From Eledone cirrhosa (Eukaryota), in contig OZ024742.1 of NCBI GenBank assembly GCA_964016885.1, positions 318,246,001 through 318,310,000 of the forward strand: 64,000 nucleotides of DNA, written 5' to 3'. The position numbers and the translations under genes are program-made. The notes under the pieces were generated by a model that saw only the letters and a program-made list of their open reading frames with translations, was not told the origin of the DNA and ran no database searches. Every line of letters starts with the position of its first letter. The first letter of the stretch is position 1. This document shows positions 1 through 16,100 of the stretch, piece by piece.

Positions 1-3000
1 TCTTTAACCCAGGTAGTGACTACTATCTTTTACCCAGATAGTGACTACTATCTTTAACGCAGTGTAAAGACTACTATCTTTAACCCAGGTAGTGACTACT
101 ATCTTTAACCCAGGGTAGTGACTACTATCTATAACCCAGGTAGTGACTACTATCTTTAACCCAGATAGTGACTACTATCTTTAACCCAGTGTAAAGACTA
201 CTATCTTTAACCCAGGTAGTGACTACTATCTTTAACCCAGGTAGTGACTACTATCTTTAACCCAGGGTAGTGACTACTATCTTTTACCCAGGGTAGTGAC
301 TACTATCTTTAACCCAGATAGTGACTACTATCTTTAACCCAGGGTAGTGACTACTATCTTTAACCCAGGGTAGTGACTACTATCTTTAACCCAGGGTAGT
401 GACTACTATCTTTAACCCAGGGTAGTGACTACTACCTTTAACCCAGGGTAGTGACTACTATCTTTAAGCCAGGGTAGTGACCACTATCTTTAACCCAGGG
501 TAGTGACTACTATCTTTAACTCAGGGTAGTGACTACTACCTTTAACCCATAGTAGTGACTACTATCTTTAACCTATGGTAGTGACTACTATCTTTAACCC
601 AGGGTAGTGACTACTATCTTTAACCCAGGTAGTGACTACTGTCTTTATCCCAGGTAGTGACTACTATCTTTAACCCAGGGTAGTGACTAGTATCTTTAAC
701 CCAGGTAGTGACTAATATCTTTAACCCAGGGTAGTGACTACTATCTTTAACCCAGTGTAGTGACTACTATCTTTAACCCAGGATAGTGACTACTATCTAT
801 AACCCAGGGTAGTGACTACTATCTTTAACCCAGGGTAGTGACTACTATCTTTAACACAGTGTAGTGACTACTATCTTCAACCCAGGGTAGTGACTACTAT
901 CTTTAACCCAGGTAGTGACATCTATCTTTAACCCAAGTAATTACTACTATCTTTAACCCAGGGTAGTGACTACTATCTTCAACCCAGGGTAGTGACTACT
1001 ATCTTTAACCCAGGTAGTGACTACTATCTTTAACCCAGGGTAGTGACTACTATCTTTAACCCAGGTAGTGACTACTAACTTTAACCCAGGTAGTGACTAC
1101 TATCTTTAACCCAGGGTAGTGACTACTATCTTTAACCCAGGTAGTGACTACTATCTTTAACATAGGGTAGTGACTACTATCTTTAACCCAGGGCAGTGAC
1201 TACTATCTTTAACCCAGGGTAGTGACTACTATCTTTAACCCAGGGTAGTGACTACTATCTTTAACCCAGGTAGTGACTACTATCTTTAACCCCAGTAGTG
1301 ACTACTATCTTTAACCCAGGGTAGTGACTACTATCTATAACCCAGGTAGTGACTACTATCTTTAACCCAGGGTAGTTACTACTATCTTTAACCCAGGTAG
1401 TGACTACTATCTTTAAACCAGGTTAGTGACTACTATCTATAACCCAGGTAGTGACTACTATCTTTAACCCAGGTAGTGACTACTATCTTTAACCCAGGGT
1501 AGTGACTACTATCTTTAACCCAGGATAGTGACTACTATCTTTTACCCCGGTAGTGACTACTATCTTTAACCCAGGGTAGTGACTACTATCTTTAACCCAG
1601 GTAGTGACTACTATCTTTTACCCCGGTAGTGACTACTATCTTTAACCCAGGGTAGTGACTACTATCTTTAACCCAGGGTAGTGACTACTATCTTTACCCA
1701 GGTAGTGACTACTATCTTTAACCCAGGGTAGTGACTACTATCTTTAACCCAGGTAGTGACTACTATCTTTAACCCAGGGTAGTGACTACTATCTTTAACC
1801 CAGGATAGTGACTACTATCTTTTACCCCGGTAGTGACTACTATCTTTAACCCAGGGTAGTGACTACTATCTTTAACCCAGGTAGTGACTACTATCTTTTA
1901 CCCCGGTAGTGACTACTATCTGAAACCCAGGGTAGTGACTACTATCTTTAACCCAGGGTAGTGACTACTATCTTTACCCAGGTAGTGACTACTATCTTTA
2001 ACCCAGGGTAGTGACTACTATCTTTAACCCAGGTAGTGACTACTATCTTTAACCCAGGGTAGTGACTACTATCTTTAACCCAGGTAGTGACTACTATCTT
2101 TAACCCAGGTAGTGACTACTATCTTTAACCCAGTGTAGTGACTACTATCTTTAACCCAGGGTAGTGACTACTATCTTTAACCCAGGGTAGTGACTACTAT
2201 CTTTAACCCAGGTAGTGACTACTATCTTTTACCCCGGTAGTGACTACTATCTTTAACCCAGGGTAGTGACTACTATCTTTAACCCAGGTAGTGACTACTA
2301 TCTTTTACCCCGGTAGTGACTACTATCTTTAACCCAGGGTAGTGACTACTATCTTTAACCCAGGGTAGTGACTACTATCTTTACCCAGGTAGTGACTACT
2401 ATCTTTAACTCAGGGTAGTGACTACTATCTATAACCCAGTGTAGTGACTACTGTCTTTAACCCAGGGTGTGACTACTATCTTTAACCCAGGTAGTGACTA
2501 CTATCTTTAACCCAGGGTAGTGACTACTATCTTTAACCCAGGGTAGAGACTACTATCTTTAACCCAGGTAGTGACTACTATCTTTAACCCAGGGTAGTGA
2601 CTACTATCTTTAACCCAGGGTAGTGACTACTATCTTTAACCCAGATAGTGACTACTATCTTTAACACAGGGTAGTGACTACTATCTTTAACCCAGGGTAG
2701 TGACTACTATCTTTAACCCAGGGTAGTGACTACTATCTTTAACACAGGGTAGTGACTACTATCTTTAACCCAGGGTAGTGACTACTATCTTTAACCAGGG
2801 TAGTGACTACTATCTTTAACCCAGGGTAGTGACTACTATCTTTAACACAGGGTAGTGACTACTATCTTTAACCCAGGTAGTGACTACTATCTTTAACCCA
2901 GGGTAGTGACTACTATCTTTAACCCAGGTAGTGACTACTATCTTTAACCCCGGTAGTGACTACTATCTTTAACCCAGGTATGGACTACTATCTATAACCC

Positions 3001-5689
3001 AGGTAGTGACTACTATCTTTAACCCAGGGTAGTGACTACTATCTTTAACCCAGGATAGTGACTACTATCTATAACCCAGGTAGTGACTACTATCTTTAAC
3101 CCAGGTAGTGACTACTATCTTTAACCCAGGGTAGTGACTACTATCTTTAACCCAGGATAGTGACTACTGTCTTTAACCCAGGGTAGTGACTACTATCTAT
3201 AACCCAGGGTAGTGACTACTGTCTTTAACCCAGGGTAGTGACTACTATCTATAACCCAGGGTAGTGACTACTATCTTTAACACAGGTTAGTGACTACTAT
3301 CTTTAACCCAGGGTATTGACTTCTATCTTTAACCCAGGGTAGTGACTACTATCTTTAACCCAGGATAGTGACTACTATCTTTAACTCCGGTAGTGACTAC
3401 TATCTTTAACCCAGGGTAGTGACTACTATCTTTAACCCAGGTAGTGACTACTATCTTTAACCCAGGGTAGTGACTACTATCTTTAACCCAGGTAGTGACT
3501 ACTATCTTTAGCACAGGGTAGTGACTACTATCTTTAACCCAGGTAGTGACTACTATCTTTAACCCAGTGTACAGACTACTATCTTTAACCCAGGTAGTGA
3601 CTACTATCTTTAACCCAGGGTAGTGACTACTATCTTTAACCCAGGTAGTGACTACTATCTTTAACCCAGATAGTGACTACTATCTTTAACGCAGTGTAAA
3701 GACTACTATCTTTAACCCAGGTAGTGACTACTATCTTTAACCCAGGGTAGTGACTACTATCTATAACCCAGGTAGTGACTATTATCTTTAACCCAGATAG
3801 TGACTACTATCTTTAACCCAGTGTAAAGACTACTATCTTTAACCCAGGTAGTGACTACTATCTTTAACCCAGGTAGTGACTACTATCTTTAACCCAGGTA
3901 GTGACTACTATCTTTAACCCAGGGTAGTGACTACTATCTTTAACCCAGGTTAGTGACTACTATCTTTAACCCAGGGTAGTGACTACTATCTTTAACCCAG
4001 GTAGTGACTACTATCTTTAACCCAGGTAGTGACTACTATCTTTAACCCAGGGTAGTGACTACTATCTTTAACCCAGGGTAGTGACTACTATCTTTAACCC
4101 AGGTAGTGACTACTATCTTTAACCCAGGGTAGTGACTACTATCTTTAACCCAGGATAGTGACTACTATCTTTAACCCAGGGTAGTGACTACTATCTTTAA
4201 CCCAGGTAGTGACTACTATCTTTAACCCAGGTTAGTGACTACTATCTTTAACCCAGGGTAGAGACTACTATCTTTAACCCAGGGTAGTGACTACTATCTT
4301 TAACCCCAGTAGTGACTACTATCTTTAACCCAGGATAGTGACTACTATCTTTAACCCAGGGTAGTGACTACTATCTTTAACCCCAGTAATGACTACTATC
4401 TTTAACCCAGGTAGTGACTATTATCTTTAACCCAGGGTAGTGACTACTATCTTTAACCCAGGATAGTGACTACTATCTTTAACCCAGGTAGTGACTACTA
4501 TCTTTAACCCAGGGTAGTGAATACTATCTTTAACCCAGGTAGTGACTACTATCTTTAACCCAGTGTAAAGACTACTATCTTTAACCCAGGTAGTGACTAC
4601 TATCTTTAACCCAGGGTAGTGACTACTATCTTTAACCCAGGTAGTGACTACTATCTTTAACCCAGATAGTGACTACTATCTTTAACCCAGGTAGTGACTA
4701 CATGTCTTTAACCCAGTGTAAAGACTACTATCTTTAACCCAGGTAGTGACTACTATCTTTAACCCAGGTAGTGACTACTATATTTAACCCAGTGTAAAGA
4801 CTACTATCTTTAACCCAGGGTAGTGACTACTATCTTTAACCCAGTGTAAAGACTACTATCTTTAACCCAGGGTAGTGACTACTATCTTTAACCCAGGTAG
4901 TGACTACTATCTTTAACCCAGTGTAAAGACTACTATCTTTAACCCAGGGTAGTGACTACTATCTTTAACCCAGGTAGTGACTACTATCTTTAACCCAGTG
5001 TAAAGACTACTATCTTTAACCCAGGGTAGTGACTACTATCTTTAACCCAGTGTAAAGACTACTATCTTTAACCCAGGGTAGTGACTACTATCTTTAACCC
5101 AGGTAGTGACTACTATCTTTAACCCAGTGTAAAGACTACTATCTTTAACCCAGGGTAGTGACTACTATCTTTAACCCAGTGTAAAGACTACTATCTTTAA
5201 CCCAGGGTAGTGACTACTATCTTTAACCCAGGTAGTGACTACTATCTTTAACCCAGTGTAAAGACTACTATCTTTAACCCAGGGTAGTGACTACTATCTT
5301 TAACCCAAGTAGTGACTACTATCTTTAACCCAGTGTAAAGACTACTATCTTTAACCCAGGGTAGTGACTACTATCTTTAACCCAGTGTAAAGACTACTAT
5401 CTTTAACCCAGGGTAGTGACTACTATCTTTAACCCAGGTAATGACTACTATCTTTAACCCAGTGTAAAGACTACTATCTTTAACCCAGGGTAGTGACTAC
5501 TATCTTTAACCCAGGTAGTGACTACTATCTTTAACCCAGTGTAAAGACTACTATCTTTAACCCAGGGTAGTGACTACTATCTTTAACCCAGTGTAAAGAC
5601 TACTATCTTTAACCCAGGGTAGTGACTACTATCTTTAACCCAGGTAGTGACTACTATCTTTAACCCAGGGTAGTGACTACTATCTTTAA

Positions 5690-6540
5690 CCCAGGATAGT
5701 GACTACTATCTTTAACCCAGGTATTGACTACTATCTTTAACCCAGGGTAGTGACTACTATCTTTAACCCAGGTAGTGACTACTATCTTTAACCCAGAGTA
5801 GTGACTACTATCTTTAACCCAGAGTAGTGACTACTATCTTTAACCCAGGGTAGTAACTACTATATTTAACCCAGGGTAGTAACTACTATATTTAACCCAG
5901 GGTAGTGACTACTATCTTTAACCCAGGTAGTGACTACTATCTTTAACCCAGGTAGTGACTACTATCTTTAACCCAGGGTAGTGACTACTATCTTTAACCC
6001 AGGATAGTGACTACTATCTTTAACCCAGGTAGTGACTACTATCTTTAACCCAGGGTAGTGACTACTATCTTTAACCCAGGTAGTGACTACTATCTTTAAC
6101 CCAGAGTAGTGACTACTATCTTTAACCCAGAGTAGTGACTACTATCTTTAACCCAGGGTAGTAACTACTATATTTAACCCAGGGTAGTAACTACTATATT
6201 TAACCCAGGGTAGTGACTACTATCTTTAACCCAGGTAGTGACTACTATCTTTAACCCAGGTAGTGACTACTATCTTTAACCCAGGGTAGTGACTACTATC
6301 TTTAACCCAGGATAGTGAGTACTATCTTTAACCCAGGTAGTGACTACTATCTTTAACCCAGGGTAGTGACTACTATCTTTAACCCAGGTAGTGACTACTA
6401 TCTTTAACCCAGAGTAGTGACTACTATCTTTAACCCAGAGTAGTGACTACTATCTTTAACCCAGGGTAGTAACTACTATATTTAACCCAGGGTAGTAACT
6501 ACTATATTTAACCCAGGGTAGTGACTACTATCTTTATCCC
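5690..6540 (+). repeat. 308-bp higher-order repeat (12 monomers) inside the satellite
   Basis: The diagnostic GGGTAGTAACTACTATATTT doublet recurs at 5851, 6159 and 6467 (offset 308). The same HOR recurs at 8832/9140 and 14290/14598/14906. Confidence 0.9.
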
Positions 6541-9500
6541 AGGTAGTGACTACTATCTTTAACCCAGGTAGTTACTACTATCTTTAACCCAGATAGTGAC
6601 TACTATCTTTAACCCAGTGTAAAGACTACTATCTTTAACCCAGGTAGTGACTACTCTCTTTAACCCAGGGTAGTGACTACTATCTTTAACCCAGGGTAGT
6701 AACTACTATCTTTAACCCAGGTAAGTGACTACTATCTTTAACCCAGGGTAGTGACTACTATCTTTAACCCAAGGTAGTAACTACTATCCTTAACCCAGGA
6801 TAGTGACTACTATCTTTAACCCAGGTAGTGACTACTATCTTTAACCCAAGGTAGTAACTACTATCTTTAACCCAGGATAGTGACTACTATCTTTAACCCA
6901 GGTAGTGACTACTATCTTTAACCCAGGGTAGTGACTACTATCTTTAACCCAGGTAGTGACTACTATCTTTAACCCACGTAGTGACTACTATCCTTAACCC
7001 AGGTAGTGACTACTACCTTTAACCCAGGTAGTGACTACTATCTTTAACCCAGGTAGTGACTACTATCTTTAACCCAGGGTGGTGACTACTATCTTTAACC
7101 CAGGGTAGTGACTACTATCTATAACCCAGGTAGTGACTACTATCTTTAACCCAGGTAGTGACTACTATCTATAACCCAGGTAGTGACTACTATCTTTAAC
7201 CCAGGGTAGTGACTACTATCTTTAACCCAGGTAGTGACTACTATCTTTAACCCAGGTTAGTGACTACTATCTTTAACCCAGGGGAGTAACTACTATCCTT
7301 AACCCAGGTAGTGGCTACTATTTTTAACCCAGGTAGTGACTACTATCTTTAACCCAGGTAGTGACTACTATCTTTAACACAGGGTAGTGACTACTATCTT
7401 TAACCCACGTAGTGACTACTATCTTTAACCCAGGGTAGTGACTACTATCTTTAACCCAGGTAGTGACTACTATCTTTAACCCAGGTAGTGACTACTATCT
7501 TTAACCCAGGTAGTGACTACTATCTTTAACCCAGGGTAGTGACTACTATCTTTAACCCAGGGTAGTGACTACTATCTTTAACCCAGGGTAGTGACTACTA
7601 TCTTTAACCCAGGATAGTGACTACTATCTTTAAACCAGGGTAGTGACTACTATCTTTAACACAGGGTAGTGACTACTATATTTAACCCAGGCAGTGACTA
7701 CTATCTTCAACCCACGTACTGACTACTATCTTTAACCCAGATAGTGACTACTATCTTTAACCCAGGGCAGTGACTACTATCTATAACCCAGGGTAGAGAC
7801 TACTATCTTTAACCCAGGTAGTGACTACTATCTTTAACCCAGTGTAGAGACTACTATCTTTAACCCAGGTAGTGACTACTATCTTTAACCCAGGGTAGTG
7901 ACTACTATCTTTAACCAAGGTAGAGACTACTATCTTTAACCCAGGTAGTGACTACTATCTTTAACCCAGGTAGTGACTACTATCTTTAACCCAGGTAGAG
8001 ACTACTATCTTTAACCCAGGTAGTGACTACTATCTATAACCCAGGGTAGTGACTACTATCTTTAACCAAGGTAGAGACTACTATCTTTAACCCAGGTAGT
8101 GACTACTATCTTTAACCCAGGTAGTGACTACTATCTTTAACCCAGGTAGAGACTACTATCTTTAACCCAGGTAGTGACTACTATCTTTAACCCAGGTAGT
8201 GACTACTATCTTTAACCCAGGTAGTGACTACTATCTATAACCCAGGTAGTGACTACTATCTTTAACCAAGGTAGAGACTACTATCTTTAACCCAGGTAGT
8301 GACTACTATCTTTAACCAAGGTAGAGACTACTATCTTTAACCCAGGTAGAGACTACTATCTTTAACCCAGGTAGTGACTACTATCTTTAACCCAGGTAGT
8401 GACTACTATCTTTAACCCAGGTAGTGACTACTATCTTTAACCAAGGTAGAGACTACTATCTTTAACCCAGGGTAGTGACTACTATCTTTAACCCAGGATA
8501 GTGACTACTATCTTTAACCCAGGTAGTGACTACTATCTTTAACCCAGGGTAGTGACTACTATCTTTAACCCAGGTAGTGACTACTATCTTTAACCCAGTG
8601 TAAAGACTACTATCTTTAACCCAGGTAGTGACTACTATCGTTAACCCAGGGTAGTGACTACTATCTTTAACCCAGGATAGTGACTACTATCTTTAACCCA
8701 GGTAGTGACTACTATCTTTAACCCAGGGTAGTGACTACTATCTTTAACCCAGGTAGTGACTACTATCTTTAACCCAGAGTAGTGACTACTATCTTTAACC
8801 CAGAGTAGTGACTACTATCTTTAACCCAGGGTAGTAACTACTATATTTAACCCAGGGTAGTAACTACTATATTTAACCCAGGGTAGTGACTACTATCTTT
8901 AACCCAGGTAGTGACTACTATCTTTAACCCAGGTAGTGACTACTCTCTTTAACCCAGGGTAGTGACTACTATCTTTAACCCAGGATAGTGACTACTATCT
9001 TTAACCCAGGTAGTGACTACTATCTTTAACCCAGGGTAGTGACTACTATCTTTAACCCAGGTAGTGACTACTATCTTTAACCCAGAGTAGTGACTACTAT
9101 CTTTAACCCAGAGTAGTGACTACTATCTTTAACCCAGGGTAGTAACTACTATATTTAACCCAGGGTAGTAACTACTATATTTAACCCAGGGTAGTGACTA
9201 CTATCTTTAACCCAGGTAGTGACTACTATCTTTAACCCAGGTAGTGACTACTATCTATAACCCAGGTAGTGACTACTATCTTTAACCCAGGTAGTGACTA
9301 CTATCTTTAACCCAGGTTAGTGACTACTATCTTTAACCCAGGGGAGTAACTACTATCCTTAACCCAGGTAGTGGCTACTATCTTTAACCCAGGTAGTGAC
9401 TACTATCTTTAACCCAGGGGAGTAACTACTATCCTTAACCCAGGTAGTGACTACTATCTTTAACCCAGGTGGTGACTACTATCTTTAACCCAGGTAGTGA

Positions 9501-12500
9501 CTACTATCTTTAACCCAGGTAGTGACTACTATCTTTAACCCAGGGTAGTGACTACTATCTTTAACCCAGGTAGTGACTACTATCTTTAACCCAGGTAGTG
9601 ACTACTATCTTTAACCCAGGTAGTGACTACTATCTTTAACCCAGGTAGTGACTACTATCTTTAACCCAGGTAGTGACTACTATCTTTAACCCAGGTAGTG
9701 ACTACTATCTTTAACCCAGGGTAGTGACTACTATCTTTAACACAGGGTAGTGACTACTATATTTAACCCAGGCAGTGACTACTATCTTCAACCCACGTAC
9801 TGACTACTATCTTTAACCCTGATAGTGACTACTATCTTTAACCCAGGGCAGTGACTACTATCTATAACCCAGGGTAGAGACTACTATCTTTAACCCAGGT
9901 AGTGACTACTATCTTTAACCCAGTGTAGAGACTACTATCTTTAACCCAGGGTAGTGACTACTATCTTTAACCCAGTGTAAAGACTACTATCTTTAACCCA
10001 GGGTAGTGACTACTATCTTTAACCCAGGTAGTGACTACTATCTTTAACCCAGGGTAGTGACTACTATCTTTAACCCAGGATAGTGACTACTATCTTTAAC
10101 CCAGGTAGTGACTACTATCTTTAACCCAGGGTAGTGACTACTATCTTTAACCCAGGTAGTGACTACTATCTTTAACCCAGTGTAAAGACTACTATCTTTA
10201 ACCCAGGTAGTGACTACTATCTTTAACCCAGGGTAGTGACTACTATCTTTAACCCAGGATAGTGACTACTATCTTTAACCCAGGTAGTGACTACTATCTT
10301 TAACCCAGTGTAGTGACTACTATCTTTAACCCAGGTAGTGACTACTATCTTTAACCCAGAGTAGTGACTACTATCTTTAACCCAGAGTAGTGACTACTAT
10401 CTTTAACCCAGGGTAGTAACTACTATATTTAACCCAGGGTAGTAACTACTATATTTAACCCAGGGTAGTGACTACTATCTTTAACCCAGGTAGTGACTAC
10501 TATCTTTAACCCAGGTAGTGACTACTATATTTAACCCAGGGTAGTGACTACTATCTTTAACCCAGGGTAGTGACTACTATCTTTAACCCAGGGTAGTGAC
10601 TACTACCTTCAACCCAGGTAGTGACTACTATCTTTAACCCAGGTAGTGACTACTATCTTTAACCCAGGTAGTGACTACTCTCTTTAACCCAGGGTAGTGA
10701 CTACTATCTTTAACCCAGGGTAGTAACTACTATCTTTAACCCAGGGTAGTGACTACTACCTTCAACCCAGGTAGTGACTACTATCTTTAACCCAGTGTAA
10801 AGACTACTATCTTTAACCCAGGTAGTGACTACTCTCTTTAACCCAGGGTAGTGACTACTATCTTTAACCCAGGGTAGTAACTACTATCTTTAACCCAGGG
10901 TAGTGACTACTATCTTTAACCCAGGGTAGTGACTACTATCTTTAACCCAAGGTAGTAACTACTATCCTTAACCCAGGATAGTGACTACTATCTTTAACCC
11001 AGGTAGTGACTACTATCTTTAACCCAAGGTAGTAACTACTATCTTTAACCCAGGATAGTGACTACTATCTTTAACCCAGGTAGTGACTACTATCTTTAAC
11101 CCAGGGTAGTGACTACTATCTTTAACCCAGGTAGTGACTACTATCTTTAACCCACGTAGTGACTACTATCCTTAACCCAGGTAGTGACTACTATCTTTAA
11201 CCCAGGGTAGTGACTACTATCTATAACCCAGGTAGTGACTACTATCTTTAACCCAGGTAGTGACTACTATCTATAACCCAGGTAGTGACTACTATCTTTA
11301 ACCCAGGGTAGTGACTACTATCTTTAACCCAGGATAGTGACTACTATCTTTAACCCAGGGTAGTGACTACTATCTTTAACACAGGGTAGTGACTACTATA
11401 TTTAACCCAGGCAGTGACTACTATCTTCAACCCACGTACTGACTACTATCTTTAACCCAGATAGTGACTACTATCTTTAACCCAGTATAAAGACTACTAT
11501 CTTTAACCCAGTGTAGAGACTACTATCTTTAACCCAGGTAGTGACTACTATCTTTAACCCAGGTAGTGACTACTATCTTTAACCCAGGTAGTGACTACTA
11601 TCTTTAACCCAGGTAGAGACTACTATCTTTAACCCAGGTAGTGACTACTATCTATAACCCAGGGTAGTGACTACTATCTTTAACCAAGGTAGAGACTACT
11701 ATCTTTAACCCAGGTAGTGACTACTATCTTTGACCCAGGTAGTGACTACTATCTTTAACCCAGGTAGTGACTACTATCTTTAACCCAGGTAGTGACTACT
11801 ATCTTTAACCCAGGTAGTGACTACTATCTTTAACCCAGGTAGAGACTACTATCTTTAACCCAGGGTAGTAACTACTATATTTAACCCAGGGTAGTAACTA
11901 CTATATTTAACCCAGGGTAGTGACTACTATCTTTAACCCAGGTAGTGACTACTATCTTTAACCCAGGTAGTGACTACTATCTTTAACCCAGGGTAGTGAC
12001 TACTATCTTTAACCCAGGATAGTGACTACTATCTTTAACCCAGGTAGTGACTACTATCTTTAACCCAGGGTAGTGACTACTATCTTTAACCCAGAGTAGT
12101 GACTACTATCTTTAACCCAGGGTAGTAACTACTATATTTAACCCAGGGTAGTAACTACTATATTTAACCCAGGGTAGTGACTACTATCTTTAACCCAGAT
12201 AGTGACTACTATCTTTAACCCAGTGTAAAGACTACTATCTTTAACCCAGGTAGTGACTACTCTCTTTAACCCAGGGTAGTGACTACTATCTTTAACCCAG
12301 GGTAGTAACTACTATCTTTAACCCAGGGTAGTGACTACTATCTTTAACCCAGGGTAGTGACTACTATCTTTAACCCAAGGTAGTAACTACTATCCTTAAC
12401 CCAGGATAGTGACTACTATCTTTAACCCAGGTAGTGACTACTATCTTTAACCCAAGGTAGTAACTACTATCTTTAACCCAGGATAGTGACTACTATCTTT

Positions 12501-15439
12501 AACCCAGGTAGTGACTACTATCTTTAACCCAGGGTAGTGACTACTATCTTTAACCCAGGTAGTGACTACTATCTTTAACCCACGTAGTGACTACTATCCT
12601 TAACCCAGGTAGTGACTACTACCTTTAACCCAGGTAGTGACTACTATCTTTAACCCAGGTAGTGACTACTATCTTTAACCCAGGGTGGTGACTACTATCT
12701 TTAACCCAGGGTAGTGACTACTATCTATAACCCAGGTAGTGACTACTATCTTTAACCCAGGTAGTGACTACTATCTATAACCCAGGTAGTGACTACTATC
12801 TTTAACCCAGGGTAGTGACTACTATCTTTAACCCAGGTAGTGACTACTATCTTTAACCCAGGTAGTGACTACTATCTTTAACCCAGGGTAGTGACTACTA
12901 TCTTTAACCCAGGTAGTGACTACTATCTTTAACCCAGGGTAGTGACTACTATCTTTAACCCAGAGTAGTGACTACTATCTTTAACCCAGGGTAGTGACTA
13001 CTATCTTTAACACAGGGTAGTGACTACTATCTTTAACCCAGATAGTGACTACTATCTTTAACCCAGGTAGTGACTACTATCTTTAACCCAGCTAGTGACT
13101 ACTATCTTTAACCCAGGTAGTGACTACTATCTTTAACCCATGTAGTGACTACTATCTTTAACCCAGGGTAGTGACTACTATCTTTAACCCAGGGTAGTGA
13201 CTACTATCTTTAACCCAGGGTAGTGACTACTATCTTTAACCCAGGATAGTGACTACTATCTTTAACCCAGGGTAGTGATTACTATCTTTAACGCAGGGTA
13301 GTGACTACTATATTTAACCCAGGCAGTGACTACTATCTTCAACCCACGTACTGACTACTATCTTTAACCCAGATAGTGACTACTATCTTTAACCCAGGGC
13401 AGTGACTACTATCTATAACCCAGGGTAGTGACTACTATCTTTAACCCAGGGTAGTGACTACTATCTTTAACCCAGGGTAGTGACTACTATCTTTAACCCA
13501 GTGTAGAGACTACTATCATTAACCCAGGTAGTGACTATTATCTTTAACCCAGGTAGTGACTACTATCTTTAACCCAGGGTAGTGACTACTATCTTTAACC
13601 CAGGTAGTGACTACTATCTTTAACCCAGGTAGTGACTACTATCTTTAACCCAGGTAGTGACTACTATCTATAACCCAGGTAGTGACTACTATCTTTAACC
13701 AAGGTAGAGACTACTATCTTTAACCCAGGTAGTGACTACTATCTTTAACCAAGGTAGAGACTACTATCTTTAACCCAGGTAGAGACTACTATCTTTAACC
13801 CAGGTAGTGACTACTATCTTTAACCCAGGTAGTGACTACTATCTTTAACCCAGGTAGTGACTACTATCTTTAACCCAGGTAGTGACTACTATCTTTAACC
13901 AAGGTAGAGACTACTATCTTTAACCCAGGGTAGTGACTACTATCTTTAACCCAAGATAGTGACTACTATCTTTAACCCAGGTAGTGACTACTATCTTTAA
14001 CCCAGGGTAGTGACAACTATCTTTAACCCAGGTAGTGACTACTATCTTTAACCCAGTTTAAAGACTACTATCTTTAACCCAGGTAGTGACTACTATCTTT
14101 AACCCAGGGTAGTGACTACTATCTTTAACCCAGGATAGTGACTACTATCTTTAACCCAGGTAGTGACTACTATCTTTAACCCAGGGTAGTGACTACTATC
14201 TTTAACCCAGGTAGTGACTACTATCTTTAACCCAGAGTAGTGACTACTATCTTTAACCCAGAGTAGTGACTACTATCTTTAACCCAGGGTAGTAACTACT
14301 ATATTTAACTCAGGGTAGTAACTACTATATTTAACCCAGGGTAGTGACTACTATCTTTAACCCAGGTAGTGACTACTATCTTTAACCCAGGTAGTGACTA
14401 CTATCTTTAACCCAGGGTAGTGACTACTATCTTTAACCCAGGATAGTGACTACTATCTTTAACCCAGGTAGTGACTACTATCTTTAACCCAGGGTAGTGA
14501 CTACTATCTTTAACCCAGGTAGTGACTACTATCTTTAACCCAGAGTAGTGACTACTATCTTTAACCCAGAGTAGTGACTACTATCTTTAACCCAGGGTAG
14601 TAACTACTATATTTAACCCAGGGTAGTAACTACTATATTTAACCCAGGGTAGTGACTACTATCTTTAACCCAGGTAGTGACTACTATCTTTAACCCAGGT
14701 AGTGACTACTATCTTTAACCCAGGGTAGTGACTACTATCTTTAACCCAGGATAGTGACTACTATCTTTAACCCAGGTAGTGACTACTATCTTTAACCCAG
14801 GGTAGTGACTACTATCTTTAACCCAGGTAGTGACTACTATCTTTAACCCAGAGTAGTGACTACTATCTTTAACCCAGAGTAGTGACTACTATCTTTAACC
14901 CAGGGTAGTAACTACTATATTTAACCCAGGGTAGTAACTACTATATTTAACCCAGGGTAGTGACTACTATCTTTAACCCAGGTAGTGACTACTATCTTTA
15001 ACCCAGGTAGTGACTACTATCTTTAACCCAGATAGTGACTACTATCTTTAACCCAGTATAAAGACTACTATCTTTAACCCAGGTAGTGACTACTATCTTT
15101 AACCCAGGGTAGTGACTACTATCTTTAACCCAGGGTAGTAACTACTATCTTTAACCCAGGGTAGTGACTACTATCTTTAACCCAGGGTAGTGACTACTAT
15201 CTTTAACCCAAGGTAGTAACTACTATCCTTAACCCAGGATAGTGACTACTATCTTTAACCCAGGTAGTGACTACTATCTTTAACCCAAGGTAGTAACTAC
15301 TATCTTTAACCCAGTATAGTGACTACTATCTTTAACCCAGGGTAGTGACTACTATCTTTAAGTCAGGGTAGTGACTACTATCTTTAACCCAGGGTAGTGA
15401 CTACTATCTTTAACCCAGGGTAGTGACTACTATCTTTAA

Positions 15440-16100
15440 CCCAAGGTAGTAACTACTATCTTTAACCCAGTATAGTGACTACTATCCTTAACCCAGGTAG
15501 TGACTACTATCTTTAACCCAGAGTAGTGACTACTATCTTTAACCCAGAGTAGTGACTACTATCTTTAACCCAAGGTAGTAACTACTATCTTTAACGCAGT
15601 ATAGTGACTACTATCCTTAACCCAGGTAGTGACTACTATCTTTAACCCAGAGTAGTGACTACTATCTTTAACCCAGGTAGTGACTACTATCTTTAACCCA
15701 GAGTAGTGACTACTATCTTTAACCCAAGGTAGTAACTACTATCTTTAACCCAGTATAGTGACTACTATCCTTAACCCAGGTAGTGACTACTATCTTTAAC
15801 CCAGAGTAGTGACTACTATCTTTAACCCAGAGTAGTGACTACTATCTTTAACCCAAGGTAGTAACTACTATCTTTAACCCAGTATAGTGACTACTATCCT
15901 TAACCCAGGTAGTGACTACTATCTTTAACCCAGAGTAGTGACTACTATCTTTAACCCAGAGTAGTGACTACTATCTTTAACCCAAGGTAGTAACTACTAT
16001 CTTTAACCCAGTATAGTGACTACTATCCTTAACCCAGGTAGTGACTACTATCTTTAACCCAGAGTAGTGACTACTATCTTTAACCCAGGTAGTGACTACT
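15440..16100 (+). repeat. 129-bp higher-order repeat (5 monomers) inside the satellite
   Basis: The CAAGGTAGTAAC marker occurs at 15442, 15571, 15725, 15854 and 15983 (offsets 129, 154, 129, 129). Confidence 0.85.

Noticed and set aside
1-300. True telomere tract
   Set aside because: There is no tandem (TAACCC)n; the hexamer occurs only once per 25/26-bp monomer.
3329-3514. 61-aa ORF in satellite 1
   Set aside because: Chance open frame from alternating 25+26-bp monomers (51 bp).
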